From contig JBDRPX010000037.1 in the NCBI GenBank assembly GCA_043826565.1, positions 5,669 to 69,668 on the forward strand: a stretch of DNA of 64,000 nt, written 5' to 3'. Each line of letters begins with the position of its first letter. The stretch's first letter is position 1. Made by a program: the position numbers and the translations under genes. Below are positions 16,999 to 26,992 of this stretch, in pieces. The DNA is from Candidatus Omnitrophota bacterium (GTDB lineage Bacteria > Omnitrophota > Gorgyraeia > B26-G9). The notes under the pieces were generated by a model. That model searched no databases and was not told where the DNA came from. It saw only the letters and a program-made list of their open reading frames with translations.

Positions 16999-19734
16999 AT
17001 GATAGCAATGAACAATGTTGTTTTTGCTCTTTCTCCTCAAATTAATATTAAAGGGGCAGCCTTGCAGAAAATTTTTGAGAGTAATAAAAAACCGCAAACC
17101 AGCCAGTTAATGGAACATGATTCCGGGAGGGGATACAGAGTATTTGATTTGCCGGAAGGATATCGTGATATTACTGTTGTTTTGATCCATCGCGGGGCCG
17201 GTTTTGGGAACCGGGGTGCGGTTAATAACCTATTAGTTAGTTTACAGCATCAATTCCGCGGTAAAAATATTAGTTTGCGATTAGCTTATAGTTTGGGGCG
17301 GCCGGGAGAAGAATCTGATCAGGAACTGCGTATGCAACAGGAGCTGATTGCTCAAAGAAATAGTAAGGCAGAAGCTGAAGGCCTGCCGAAAATTGAATTG
17401 GAAACATATTATACATTTACCATGGATGGAACACCGGTCATATCGGGGCTTCGAAAAACTGATGTGGCGATTTATTTTGGGTATGATTCTGCGGAAATGT
17501 TGGATGTGGCGCAGGATGAAGCTGATTTTTTAAGAAGAGAACAGATGGATGCAAAACTGGCATTTCATATTCCGATTTATGCTACCGGATACAGGCTTCG
17601 CGATGTTGATTATGCCCGCATTCTCAGAGGGGGAACAATACACAGAGTTATTCCGACAGCTAATTTTTTAAAAGGAACAGGCCGGATTGTTATTAACCCG
17701 GAACTTGTTGCGAAAAGTATCAAAATTGACGGATTAAATAAACAAGATGTTTTGCAGGAAAGAAGAAAGTTATTAGATAAACTGGGAGTAACGGAGATAC
17801 CTGATGGAGCTGAAGAAACAACTTGGGCATTTGCTTATACCCATAATTACGGAAAACTGGAAGAGTTTTTAAGAAATTGTGGAAAAAGCAAACAAAAGAT
17901 AACTCTTTTTCTTGCTCCAGGATATCTTATTAACCGGACGGTTAAATATTATTATAAAGATAATATCCGGCAGTTATTGGAATATTTTAAGGCTATCCCG
18001 GACAATGTTAATATTGTATTCTTAGAAGAAAATTTAGAGCGTAAAGACGCATATAACCAGATCATGCTTTTATCAGGAGTGTTGACGGAATATGGTTTAA
18101 AAGGGGGGTTTCCCAATCTGATTACCGGCGATCAATCGACCAGTGAAGTACTTTCGGCGCGCAGATTATTTGTGCATGACGGGATGAATGCGCAGGATGG
18201 AGATGAATTATGGCAGGGGTTATTTGCCGGGCCGCTGCAGAGATTTACCGTGCAATACAATGACTTGGAAGATATAGATAATAATTGGCCTAATCTGTTT
18301 ACTGCTAATCCCCAGGGAATGCCGGGAGAGTTTTCTGTCTTTAAGGCCATGGAAATGCAGATGGAATTTATTGCGGCCATAGACAGTATTCTAGAGCGGC
18401 GCAATATTGTTGATCATATTGGAAAGACGATTGTTGCCGAGGCAAGCCGTCAGGCTGCGGATGAGAACCTGGAAGCGATGTTAGATACTGCAGTGGTATT
18501 AAGAGAACAGTTAAATGGTTCGGTTTTTGAAAAAGTTTCCGCAGATATTTTTCAGGATGTTTATGTCTGTGTAAATCCCCGGACAAACCAATTTGTTACT
18601 TTATATGTTCCGACCAACATTGCTCAGCAATGGGAAACTAGTAATGGTGAAAAAGGTAAGCGTTTTGGCGGCCAGTATTCAGGAATGGTTGAACTGCACA
18701 ACCTGACGGGTATCGTCGGTGGAGAGCAACAGAAGCTTACTTTGGCTTTTGCCCATCCGGAAAATGGATTAGAACAAAATAATGATTTATCTATTCCCGG
18801 CAAAAAAGATCCGATGCTTGCTTTGACTGATGAGACATTTGGTTCCGGAGAAATAGCTAACTATGTGCAGAGGGTGCGGAATTTAATTATGGGAGAAAGC
18901 ATTGAGATTGTTAATATCCATTCTGAGCAGGAATTTAATGATTATCTGGGGATAGCGCCGGAGGAACATTCTGCGATTTTGTATTCAGAACATCCGGAGA
19001 CAACCTTAAGAGTTATGTGTAAAAACTTTAATGAAGATAAACCGCTGGCTAATATTAGAAAAGAACATACTTTTGCCGCGCGTATTCAGGCTAATGGCCG
19101 GGAATATATTTGGTTTGCCCAATTCTCCATCGGAGATGATAAGCAGATAAGATATAATGAAGCATATTTAATGAAGGTATTAGAGGAAACTGAGCATAAG
19201 TACCTGGAAGTCGGCCATGGATATTATGATGTGCCTAAAAATCCTGTTCCCGGTCATTGCTGTATTGATCTTATGTATGGAATTGATAACCGCTTTCGAT
19301 TTCAGGAAGCGCATATTAAGCATGCCCGGGCATTATTTGAACTGCGGTTAAAAGCGCTGGATAAGCTCTATAAACCTGCTGCATTTGTTATTCCTTCCGG
19401 ACAAATAATTTCAGATATTGCATTGTATTTTTACGGCCGGTTTGGATTTTTGCCCTTGGACTACGGAGCCAGAGCAGATGTGACTTCTAAATATTTAATT
19501 CCTTACCGGATTAAATCTCCGGGAAAAATGATCGGGGAGGGGATGGAAGTTTTTGGTAAATATCTGATTATCGGAGCGTTTGGAGATTTTGCTCTGGTGT
19601 TGAGACCGCAAGGGATCAAAGGGAGTAAAAGACATTTTGATATGCCGGAGATGTTAAAAAATAGAGGTATTCCCATATCAATGCAGCAACCGCCGGCACG
19701 AAGACATCTGGAGCTTATTGAACAGGCGATATAG
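16948..19734 (+). CDS. large secreted protein, member B of EQAI-terminus paralog family
   Basis: [17 protein letters not shown] signal peptide; ALSPQINIKGAALQKIF motif; C-term LELIEQAI-stop; C-terminal ~150-aa domain (EYIWFAQ...GHGYYD...FGFLPL) is shared with member E. Confidence 0.75.
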   Translation: MKIKKQINYIIIFLLVQMIAMNNVVFALSPQINIKGAALQKIFESNKKPQTSQLMEHDSGRGYRVFDLPEGYRDITVVLIHRGAGFGNRGAVNNLLVSLQHQFRGKNISLRLAYSLGRPGEESDQELRMQQELIAQRNSKAEAEGLPKIELETYYTFTMDGTPVISGLRKTDVAIYFGYDSAEMLDVAQDEADFLRREQMDAKLAFHIPIYATGYRLRDVDYARILRGGTIHRVIPTANFLKGTGRIVINPELVAKSIKIDGLNKQDVLQERRKLLDKLGVTEIPDGAEETTWAFAYTHNYGKLEEFLRNCGKSKQKITLFLAPGYLINRTVKYYYKDNIRQLLEYFKAIPDNVNIVFLEENLERKDAYNQIMLLSGVLTEYGLKGGFPNLITGDQSTSEVLSARRLFVHDGMNAQDGDELWQGLFAGPLQRFTVQYNDLEDIDNNWPNLFTANPQGMPGEFSVFKAMEMQMEFIAAIDSILERRNIVDHIGKTIVAEASRQAADENLEAMLDTAVVLREQLNGSVFEKVSADIFQDVYVCVNPRTNQFVTLYVPTNIAQQWETSNGEKGKRFGGQYSGMVELHNLTGIVGGEQQKLTLAFAHPENGLEQNNDLSIPGKKDPMLALTDETFGSGEIANYVQRVRNLIMGESIEIVNIHSEQEFNDYLGIAPEEHSAILYSEHPETTLRVMCKNFNEDKPLANIRKEHTFAARIQANGREYIWFAQFSIGDDKQIRYNEAYLMKVLEETEHKYLEVGHGYYDVPKNPVPGHCCIDLMYGIDNRFRFQEAHIKHARALFELRLKALDKLYKPAAFVIPSGQIISDIALYFYGRFGFLPLDYGARADVTSKYLIPYRIKSPGKMIGEGMEVFGKYLIIGAFGDFALVLRPQGIKGSKRHFDMPEMLKNRGIPISMQQPPARRHLELIEQAI

Positions 19735-19827
19735 AGTGGATTGCAAATTGCAAATAACAAATTGCAGATTAAACTAATGAAAATAAAAAAACAAATAAAC
19801 CACATAATAATATTTTTACTGGTGCAG
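19720..19827 (+). repeat. 108-nt junction repeat copy 2
   Basis: about 2 mismatches versus 16891-16998. Confidence 0.9.
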
Positions 19828-21069
19828 GTATTGTTTTTAATTCCGCATGCTTTAGCTTTAGATGAATATACATTGTCCCCCCAGCTGGTGGTAGGCGGAG
19901 GTTTTTTTGGTGAAGCTTATCTGCGGTTATTAGCGCAGGACGAAGCGCGTTTAAGCCGGCAGGAACAGGAAATTTTCACGCAGCTTTTTGATGCGCTTGA
20001 AATAGACCTGAACAGTTTGGCTTGGGACACACAAGGGAATGATTATGATTTATCCGAAGTGCCGGTTGCTGATATTAATGAAGATACTTTGCGGGAAATG
20101 TTTTGTTTGCCTTTTAGTTATAAAATCGGTGGTACTTTAGGGATTATTCGTTATCAAAATTTTCCGATATTAATTTATCTTTGTGATCAAGTAAGGAACG
20201 TAACTTTTATTGACCTGACAAAATATTATCGTTCATCATTTGCCGCTAATTTAGGCTGGGGAATTAAACAGGATATATGTATAATCTTTAAAAGGAAGAA
20301 TTTTTTTAAAGTAAGTCAAATTGAAATAACTCATCCGTATGTTACCGTAGCTATCAACGGCAGCGGTGATCTTGCTCATATTACCGAATATGATTTTAGT
20401 GATGAAGAGGCGGATGTCTTCCCCAGAAGAAAGATAGAATTACCTTTATTGCCCGGGGTCTGGATGCCCAAAAGTACGTCAAGTTATTTAATTGCCGAGG
20501 CAACTGCAGAATTTGTGCGTCCGGGGATGAGAGTGCTGGTTATTGGAACCGGAGCTGGCCTGGAAGCGCGGATTGCCGCGGAAAAAGGAGCCTTGGTCGA
20601 TGCGGTTGATATTAAGAAGCTGGCAGTTAGAAATACAAAACTGACATGTTCAGAAGAAGAGTATGCGGTGCGGGTTAATGCTTTTGTTAATAATATGTTT
20701 CATGGCTTGGGAAAATATGATTTGATTATCTGGAATATGCCGCATTTTGTCGGGACGGAAGAGCCAAAAGAGGATTTTCCCGATTATTCCAATAGTTCTG
20801 ATTTTACGGGGAAAATATTGCGGGAATTTGCGCAAAACGTATGTTCGCATTTGAAAAAAAATGGAAAAGCTGTTGTGATTAACAAAAGCGATGAACAGGT
20901 GAAACAGATCCTGGAATATTTTTCGGGTAAACATGTTGAGGATTATGGGGTCTCTAAAAAACGATACTCTCAAGGGTATATTATAGATAATCAACGGGTA
21001 AAAAGATGGAAGAAGATGAGGCCTTTCCCGGAAGGGATAATAAGTGTTTATATGGAGCAGGCGGTATAA
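19777..21069 (+). CDS. secreted protein, member C of EQAI-terminus family, with class I SAM-methyltransferase-like Rossmann domain
   Basis: [17 protein letters not shown]; TLSPQLVVGG motif; VLVIGTGAGLEARIAAEKGALVDAVDI (motif I) and IIWNMPHF (NPPY-like motif IV); C-term VYMEQAV-stop. Confidence 0.7.
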   Translation: MKIKKQINHIIIFLLVQVLFLIPHALALDEYTLSPQLVVGGGFFGEAYLRLLAQDEARLSRQEQEIFTQLFDALEIDLNSLAWDTQGNDYDLSEVPVADINEDTLREMFCLPFSYKIGGTLGIIRYQNFPILIYLCDQVRNVTFIDLTKYYRSSFAANLGWGIKQDICIIFKRKNFFKVSQIEITHPYVTVAINGSGDLAHITEYDFSDEEADVFPRRKIELPLLPGVWMPKSTSSYLIAEATAEFVRPGMRVLVIGTGAGLEARIAAEKGALVDAVDIKKLAVRNTKLTCSEEEYAVRVNAFVNNMFHGLGKYDLIIWNMPHFVGTEEPKEDFPDYSNSSDFTGKILREFAQNVCSHLKKNGKAVVINKSDEQVKQILEYFSGKHVEDYGVSKKRYSQGYIIDNQRVKRWKKMRPFPEGIISVYMEQAV

Positions 21070-21073
21070 GTAA

Positions 21074-21105
21074 AGAGTAGTGAGTAGCAAGTAGAGAGTA
21101 GAGAG
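21074..21105 (+). repeat. tandem heptamer array (AGAGTAG TGAGTAG CAAGTAG AGAGTAG) directly after stop codon
   Basis: 7-nt period places TAG in all three frames. Confidence 0.7.
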
Positions 21106-21123
21106 AAAGATAAAAAGTAAATA

Positions 21124-23568
21124 ATGAAAATAAAAAAACAAATAAACCACATAATAATATTTTTGCTGGCGCAAACATTTTTGTTCGGACAGTGTGTTTG
21201 GGCCGGACAGACGGATACTCTTGCGCCGCAATTAAAGGTGTATACACCTGTTTTGCATAAAGATTTTCTCCAACAGATGTCTATTTCTGTTGTCCCGATG
21301 CTTGCTGAACATCTTGATAAATTAGATATCAAGGAGCAATACATAGACGGGAAAGAGGATACTTTAACATTAATTCGCCAGGCGCATGACGGGCTTATAA
21401 GAGCAGGATATCCGATTTCTTCCCGGATAGTCAAAACATATACTCCGGAATACTTGCATATTGACGGTTGCTCAGCTTTTTCAACGGGAAGAATTCAAAT
21501 GGTTTGTTTTCGGGTAAACGGAAATTTTGATCAAAAAAGCATTGCTATCCCGCGGCCTCATGATGAAGCATATTGTTTTTCTTTAATAAGCGGAGGAAAA
21601 GTTGTCGGCCATGGAGTTCTAGCCTATGATTACCATCATCCGGATACGGTATTTTTTAGATATGCTATACACGGCAGCCATTTTATTGTAGATGGATATG
21701 ATTTTACAAATCAGGGGTTTGGAACAGACAGCCTCACATTACTGGCGGCAATCATAAAAACCGGGAAGCTTTTTCCTGCGAATATGCGGAAAATGGAGTA
21801 TTTAGCCAGTAATGATGACCTTTTAAAATGGGGCAATTTTTCTCCCATTTATAACCGGATGAAGAAGTTTTTGCTGAAATCCGGATTTGTTGATGCCTCA
21901 GAAGAGAGAATTGCGCCGTTTTTTGATATTACTAAACAAAACATCGGATTTAAGTTAGGAAATAATGATGAAGGCAGTGTTGCCGGACAAAGAGTTTATT
22001 TGTCAGCTAGTGTTGCCGGCTGTATTGGTAAGCCGGCAAAATATATTCATGATGCTTTGCTGAAAGTACCTCCGGAACTTATTGCGGAAGCATATTACCG
22101 GCGTTTTAACTTATTATCAAATCCATATGGCAAGGAATTTCAAGGTTTGTGGGGCCGGGATGAAACCAAAGCTATAGAATTCCTTGCGAGAGGATATAAA
22201 ACATTGCATGATCTTAATAGTCAGGGCCATGTCCGGGTAGATTTTATTCCGCATGATATGAAAGGAGATGTTCCGGAAGGATTAGAAGGCATGGTTTTGT
22301 TCAGTAATTCCAAGAAAGCTTATCAGACTGAATTTGTAGAATGGGCATGGGTTCCGGAAGTAGAAGCATGGCTGCCGGTAGCAGATGAAAGCGCTAAGAC
22401 TTCGCAACGGCCGGCATTTATACGTGTTGTGCTTACCGCGGATAAAAAGAAAGTAGTAAGAGTAGCGAAGAGCCTTACAAAAGATAAGTTACAGGAACTT
22501 ATCTTAGAGCATGGAGATTGTATTGTCTGCGGCAGAGTTCCGCCAAGTGCTCACTTGTCACTTGTGCGTGACAGTTCTCTGGGCATACGTGAAAGCGGAA
22601 ACTATACTATTGATGGAAAAGGAAATAATTTGTATATAGCATCTCTTAGCCGGGAAGGGGTGCCGACCGGTTTTCAGTTTTTTGGGAACGGAGAAAAGGT
22701 TCCACTGCGGGTAGCTGTAAAAAGAAATCGTGAAGGGAAAGTGATGGAGAGGATCGAATCCCAGAGATATTTTGCCGGAGAAACATTGGCGCAGATATAT
22801 GCGAAAAAAGGGCAGTATTGGGTGATGCCGGTCTATGTGCAAACCCCTGTTCATTCAGCCCGGCATACAAAGATCCAGGCTGGCTCACGTTTTGTTGTGA
22901 CCGGAGAAAAAGGAAAAAAAATCAAGAGCGAAGTAACAGAAGAAGTGGAATATAATTATTATCTGGATGCGGCATATTCCGGAGCAGAGGCGCAGCTTTT
23001 GATCGGCCGCTCCGGGGTGCCGGTTTATTTATATGTTTCCGGTGATGTCCGGAAGGGGGTGCCGGCATTAGAGTGCTTGTTAAAATTGATAGAGGTGAGG
23101 AATAGCCGGGATGAAGTTATTGATGTTATAAACTCATCTAATGCCGAGATATCCCGGCAAATTCTGCAAATAGCAGTAAAAAATGCCCGGGTTAAAGATG
23201 GACGCGTAGTAGTAACACGAATACCGGTAGAATCCTCTTTTTTAAAACGAAGCACTTTAGCTGTACGCTGCGGCGGAGAGGAAATATGTGTTAATCAAAA
23301 ATTGCCGGATTTCCCCGGTCAAAAATATGCGGAGCTGGTTTATGGAAAAAATAAATTTGATGCGCCGGTTCCGATTAGTATCAGAATAGGATTTTATGAG
23401 GGTGATGATCCGCTTAATTTTAACAAAATAAAATTTCATGTGTTAAAGGAATTTTTCATTGAACGTGCGCAAAATAATAAGTTCTATGAGACCAGAGAAA
23501 CAAAGACTTTGGTGGAAACTGAAAAAATGCCGCTGGAAAATTTAACTATTCTGGAACAGGCGATATGA
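21124..23568 (+). CDS. large secreted protein, member D of EQAI-terminus family
   Basis: [17 protein letters not shown]; TLAPQLKVYTPVLHKDF; C-term LTILEQAI-stop. Confidence 0.75.
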   Translation: MKIKKQINHIIIFLLAQTFLFGQCVWAGQTDTLAPQLKVYTPVLHKDFLQQMSISVVPMLAEHLDKLDIKEQYIDGKEDTLTLIRQAHDGLIRAGYPISSRIVKTYTPEYLHIDGCSAFSTGRIQMVCFRVNGNFDQKSIAIPRPHDEAYCFSLISGGKVVGHGVLAYDYHHPDTVFFRYAIHGSHFIVDGYDFTNQGFGTDSLTLLAAIIKTGKLFPANMRKMEYLASNDDLLKWGNFSPIYNRMKKFLLKSGFVDASEERIAPFFDITKQNIGFKLGNNDEGSVAGQRVYLSASVAGCIGKPAKYIHDALLKVPPELIAEAYYRRFNLLSNPYGKEFQGLWGRDETKAIEFLARGYKTLHDLNSQGHVRVDFIPHDMKGDVPEGLEGMVLFSNSKKAYQTEFVEWAWVPEVEAWLPVADESAKTSQRPAFIRVVLTADKKKVVRVAKSLTKDKLQELILEHGDCIVCGRVPPSAHLSLVRDSSLGIRESGNYTIDGKGNNLYIASLSREGVPTGFQFFGNGEKVPLRVAVKRNREGKVMERIESQRYFAGETLAQIYAKKGQYWVMPVYVQTPVHSARHTKIQAGSRFVVTGEKGKKIKSEVTEEVEYNYYLDAAYSGAEAQLLIGRSGVPVYLYVSGDVRKGVPALECLLKLIEVRNSRDEVIDVINSSNAEISRQILQIAVKNARVKDGRVVVTRIPVESSFLKRSTLAVRCGGEEICVNQKLPDFPGQKYAELVYGKNKFDAPVPISIRIGFYEGDDPLNFNKIKFHVLKEFFIERAQNNKFYETRETKTLVETEKMPLENLTILEQAI

Positions 23569-23573
23569 TCAAA

Positions 23574-23591
23574 GAGTAGCGAGTAGAGAGA
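23574..23591 (+). repeat. GAGTAG heptamer repeat (AGAGTAG CGAGTAG AGAG) after stop codon
   Basis: same motif as 21074-21105 and 30676-30710. Confidence 0.6.
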
Positions 23592-23607
23592 ATATATAAC
23601 GTAAGAT

Positions 23608-25593
23608 ATGAAAATAAAAAAACAAATAAACCACATAATAATATTTTTACTGGTACAGGCGATGAGTGCTGGTTCCCTGGCTATTGCTGTTCCGGAAGAC
23701 CGGACTTTATCTGCGAAAATTATCATTAATCAGCAATCCTTGCAGGAAGTATTTGCCCGTCTATCTCAACAGGATGATGAGGTGTTACAATGGGGTAGTT
23801 CCCGTATTCCTAACTCTCTGCCTCAAGAAAGTATCCCCGCGGAAATGTGGCGGGATACTTTTAGCAGAAATCCGGTTTCTCGATATATTCAAAATATTAG
23901 AGATAATATTACCGGAGCAGATGTTGATATTACTGTTTTAGATTCCACGGCGCAGTTATTAGAGTATCTGGGATTGACAGAACCGAGAGATATTGTTTGT
24001 TCCGGATATCTTAGTGAGCTGCAGCTTATGTGTCAATCAGCGGAAAAGCCGGAGTTTGTCAAAATGGTGACGCAATTAAAACAGCTTATGCCATCACAAA
24101 TGCCTGTGGGTAATATGCTGGCAGCACGTATTTATAAGAATGGGTATGAATATATCTGGATAACCCAGGTGCTTCCCGATCAGTCTATCCCGCCGGATGA
24201 TTTTATTTTTAATGAAACATATTTAGTAGCTGAAACTCAAAAGGGAAGAAAGAAATATGTTGAAATAGGTCATGGTTATTATGGAGTCAGCGGAGTTCAA
24301 GGCGGAAGAATCGGCTTATCTTTTGGGATTGATGAGGATTATCAATCCCGGCATAGAAACGGCGGGAAATTCAGCCATGCGCATAATATATTTGAATTCA
24401 GGCTGCAGGCATTAGAGACACTCTTTAGGCCGAGTATTCTTATTGTGCCTCAGGCGCAGGCAACAAGTGCACCTGATTTTTCCCGGAAAACAGTTTTATT
24501 TTACGCCGGATTCGGGTTTCTGCCTTTAAAAGATTTTAGAAGGGAACAGCTGGTTAACGGATATCTTTTGCCGGTGAAAATAAACCGGACTTTGGCAAAG
24601 ATAAAAAATCCCGCGGCGGTTTTTGACGATAAGTTTATGTATAAAGCCGGCGACTTCATGCTGATTTTAAGAGATAAAAGAACGGAAATAAAAGATGTTT
24701 GCAGACGATACCGGATCTTTGATGAAGCCGAAGTCCGGCAATATGAAGCGCTGAATGCGCGTTACGGTCAAAACCCCTCAGCTTTAGATGACTCAGAAGC
24801 ATACGATCTGTTTGGGTATTTGAGTATTACAGGAAGGCTTAACCAGGGAAATAATTATGCCGTGCTTATTCAGAGAATCGGATGGCTGAAGGCTCAGGCC
24901 CAAAAAGGAGGAGAATTTAAACAGCAAATCGGCGGTAAATACATTGGCCATATTGTCGGGATGAACGATGTCTTGAATCCGGCAGCGCCGTATTTAGATA
25001 TTAAGCCCCAGGATACTGTGCTTGATATCGGTTTTGCCGTCGGCGGAGAAACGATTGGTTTAGCAGCAGCTCATCCGGAGGCTGATTTTGTTATGGCTAA
25101 CCCGGAACTGAGATTTGTACAGCATGCTGTTCGTCAGGCGGAATCTTACCGGCCTTTGTTAAATAATTTGCGGATTGCTCCAAAAGTTTTTGAGGAACTT
25201 GCTTTACCGGCACATTCGGTTAATCATATTATTATTCGTAACATTTTCTTTGACTTAGATGAGGTGAAGATAAAAGATATGCTGATAGAATTAATGCGCA
25301 TTGCCGCCCCGGATGCTACGATTGTAATTACCGGATATCGGCATTTAGAGAAAAATACACAGGAAAATGCTCGAGCTGGTATAAAACCTGAGTATAATCT
25401 GGAGTTATTGACAGAAGTATGTGCAGAGATGGGGATTAGTTATACGGTTGATCATCCCACATCTTTTCCTAATCGTGATGCGCGGATCAGGCTAATTCCG
25501 GCGAGTCGACGAAATACATTATTCGAAGAGACCCAAGCTGTGAGTTTAAAAAAGAAAGCAGAGCCAGCTGTTTTTGTCGAACAGGCAATATAA
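23608..25593 (+). CDS. secreted protein, member E of EQAI-terminus family; N-terminal half shares domain with B, C-terminal half SAM-MTase-like
   Basis: [27 protein letters not shown]; [18 protein letters not shown]; YEYIWITQ...GHGYYGV...FGFLPL; [14 protein letters not shown] (motif I); C-term VFVEQAI-stop. Confidence 0.75.
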   Translation: MKIKKQINHIIIFLLVQAMSAGSLAIAVPEDRTLSAKIIINQQSLQEVFARLSQQDDEVLQWGSSRIPNSLPQESIPAEMWRDTFSRNPVSRYIQNIRDNITGADVDITVLDSTAQLLEYLGLTEPRDIVCSGYLSELQLMCQSAEKPEFVKMVTQLKQLMPSQMPVGNMLAARIYKNGYEYIWITQVLPDQSIPPDDFIFNETYLVAETQKGRKKYVEIGHGYYGVSGVQGGRIGLSFGIDEDYQSRHRNGGKFSHAHNIFEFRLQALETLFRPSILIVPQAQATSAPDFSRKTVLFYAGFGFLPLKDFRREQLVNGYLLPVKINRTLAKIKNPAAVFDDKFMYKAGDFMLILRDKRTEIKDVCRRYRIFDEAEVRQYEALNARYGQNPSALDDSEAYDLFGYLSITGRLNQGNNYAVLIQRIGWLKAQAQKGGEFKQQIGGKYIGHIVGMNDVLNPAAPYLDIKPQDTVLDIGFAVGGETIGLAAAHPEADFVMANPELRFVQHAVRQAESYRPLLNNLRIAPKVFEELALPAHSVNHIIIRNIFFDLDEVKIKDMLIELMRIAAPDATIVITGYRHLEKNTQENARAGIKPEYNLELLTEVCAEMGISYTVDHPTSFPNRDARIRLIPASRRNTLFEETQAVSLKKKAEPAVFVEQAI

Positions 25594-25639
25594 TCCATCC
25601 TTTACCCTTACCGGTTTTTCCTATATAATAACATCTACT

Positions 25640-26884
25640 ATGGAAAAAGTTATCCTTGTTACTATCAAGCTTGATGATAAGTCGGAGCAATGGTCTTTGG
25701 AAGAACTAAGCCAGGAGCTTCGGGTCCTTTCAAAAACCGCGCATGCTGATATCGTCGGTGAAATAAAATGTAATCGTCACGCGCCGATGCCTTCCTTATA
25801 TATAGGGAAAGGAAAAGCCGAGGAACTGAAACAATTGATAGCCGAAACTGGAGCCCAGACGGTTATCTTTAATAATGACCTTACTCCCACCCAGGGGCGG
25901 AATCTTGAAGAAATCCTTGATGTGAAAACAATCGACCGGACCCAGTTAATTCTGGATATCTTTGCTTCTCATGCCAAAAGTCAGGAAGGAAAAGTTCAAG
26001 TTGAATTAGCTCAATTGCAATATCTTCTGCCGAGGCTTTCCGGGAAGGGAACGGAACTTTCGCGTTTAGGCGGCGGAATCGGAACCCGCGGCCCGGGAGA
26101 ACAGAAGCTGGAAATAGACCGCAGAAGAATCCGGGACAGAATAGATCTTCTTAAAAAAGATATAACCGCGGTCAAAAACCGCCGTTTGGAAATTAGAAAA
26201 AAACGCCGGGAAAATGATATCCCCGCGATCGCGATGGTCGGATATACTAATGCCGGGAAATCGACTTTGCTCAATGCCTTGACTGATGCCCGGGTAAAGG
26301 TAAAGGATGAGATGTTTAGTACTCTTGATGCGATTACCCGAAGATTTGTTTTGCCGGTAAGCGGACAGACTGTGCTTTTTTCCGATACCGTCGGATTTTT
26401 GTATAAATTACCGCATCATCTGATTGAAGCATTTAAAGCTACACTTGAAGTGGTAACCGAAGCTGATCTTTTACTTGTGGTGCTTGATGTTTCCAGTGAA
26501 AAAATGCATCAGCATAATGACGCGATATGGCAGGTCTTAGGAGAGCTTCAGGCCCTGAATAAGCCGGTTTTGTATGTTTTGAATAAAATTGATAATCTGC
26601 ATGACGAGAGCATGATGGAACGATTTAAATTAAAATTCGACCAATGTATTTCGATTTCCGCTAAAGACAGGATCAATTTAGATGGACTTATCAATTATAT
26701 AGAAACACATTTATTTAACCGGGTTACTGACCTGAAAATATTTATCGAACACGCTAATGCCAAAGTAATACATTACATTCATGAACATGGTAAAGTGAAT
26801 TATTGTGAATATCGTGATGAGGGGGTATACCTGGAAGCAAAACTTCCGGCTTTGCTCGCTAAAAAAGTGATCACTCAGATATAA
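25640..26884 (+). CDS. hflX: GTPase HflX
   Basis: [34 protein letters not shown]; start taken at MEKVILV (ORF track begins upstream at 25574). Confidence 0.85.
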   Translation: MEKVILVTIKLDDKSEQWSLEELSQELRVLSKTAHADIVGEIKCNRHAPMPSLYIGKGKAEELKQLIAETGAQTVIFNNDLTPTQGRNLEEILDVKTIDRTQLILDIFASHAKSQEGKVQVELAQLQYLLPRLSGKGTELSRLGGGIGTRGPGEQKLEIDRRRIRDRIDLLKKDITAVKNRRLEIRKKRRENDIPAIAMVGYTNAGKSTLLNALTDARVKVKDEMFSTLDAITRRFVLPVSGQTVLFSDTVGFLYKLPHHLIEAFKATLEVVTEADLLLVVLDVSSEKMHQHNDAIWQVLGELQALNKPVLYVLNKIDNLHDESMMERFKLKFDQCISISAKDRINLDGLINYIETHLFNRVTDLKIFIEHANAKVIHYIHEHGKVNYCEYRDEGVYLEAKLPALLAKKVITQI

Positions 26885-26918
26885 TTCTTTAGAGGGTAAT
26901 TGGAGAGTAAAAAAAATC

Positions 26919-26948
26919 TTGACATAAATTTGGATGTTATGATATATT
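26919..26948 (+). promoter_or_regulatory. sigma70-like promoter (TTGACA ... TATATT) upstream of hrcA
   Basis: ttgaca 26919-26924; -10-like tatatt 26943-26948 immediately abutting CIRCE. Confidence 0.45.
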
Positions 26949-26973
26949 AGCACTCTGAGAGAGAGAGTGCTAA
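26947..26973 (+). promoter_or_regulatory. CIRCE operator (TTAGCACTC-N9-GAGTGCTAA)
   Basis: perfect match to the HrcA operator consensus: ttagcactc tgagagaga gagtgctaa. Confidence 0.95.
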
Positions 26974-26992
26974 TTGCATATTAGGTGAAAAA

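Noticed and set aside
16885-19833. 108-nt repeats considered as IS/transposon terminal repeats
   Set aside because: They are direct (not inverted), in-frame with the flanking genes (encoding the EQAI tail and signal peptide), and no transposase is present.
20650-21434. Antisense ORFs (193, 88, 128 aa) overlapping the C/D junction; similar antisense ORFs at 19503-19805 and 23484-23726
   Set aside because: They are generated by the low-complexity repeated signal-peptide/heptamer region read on the opposite strand. They lack starts with RBS and overlap well-supported + strand genes.
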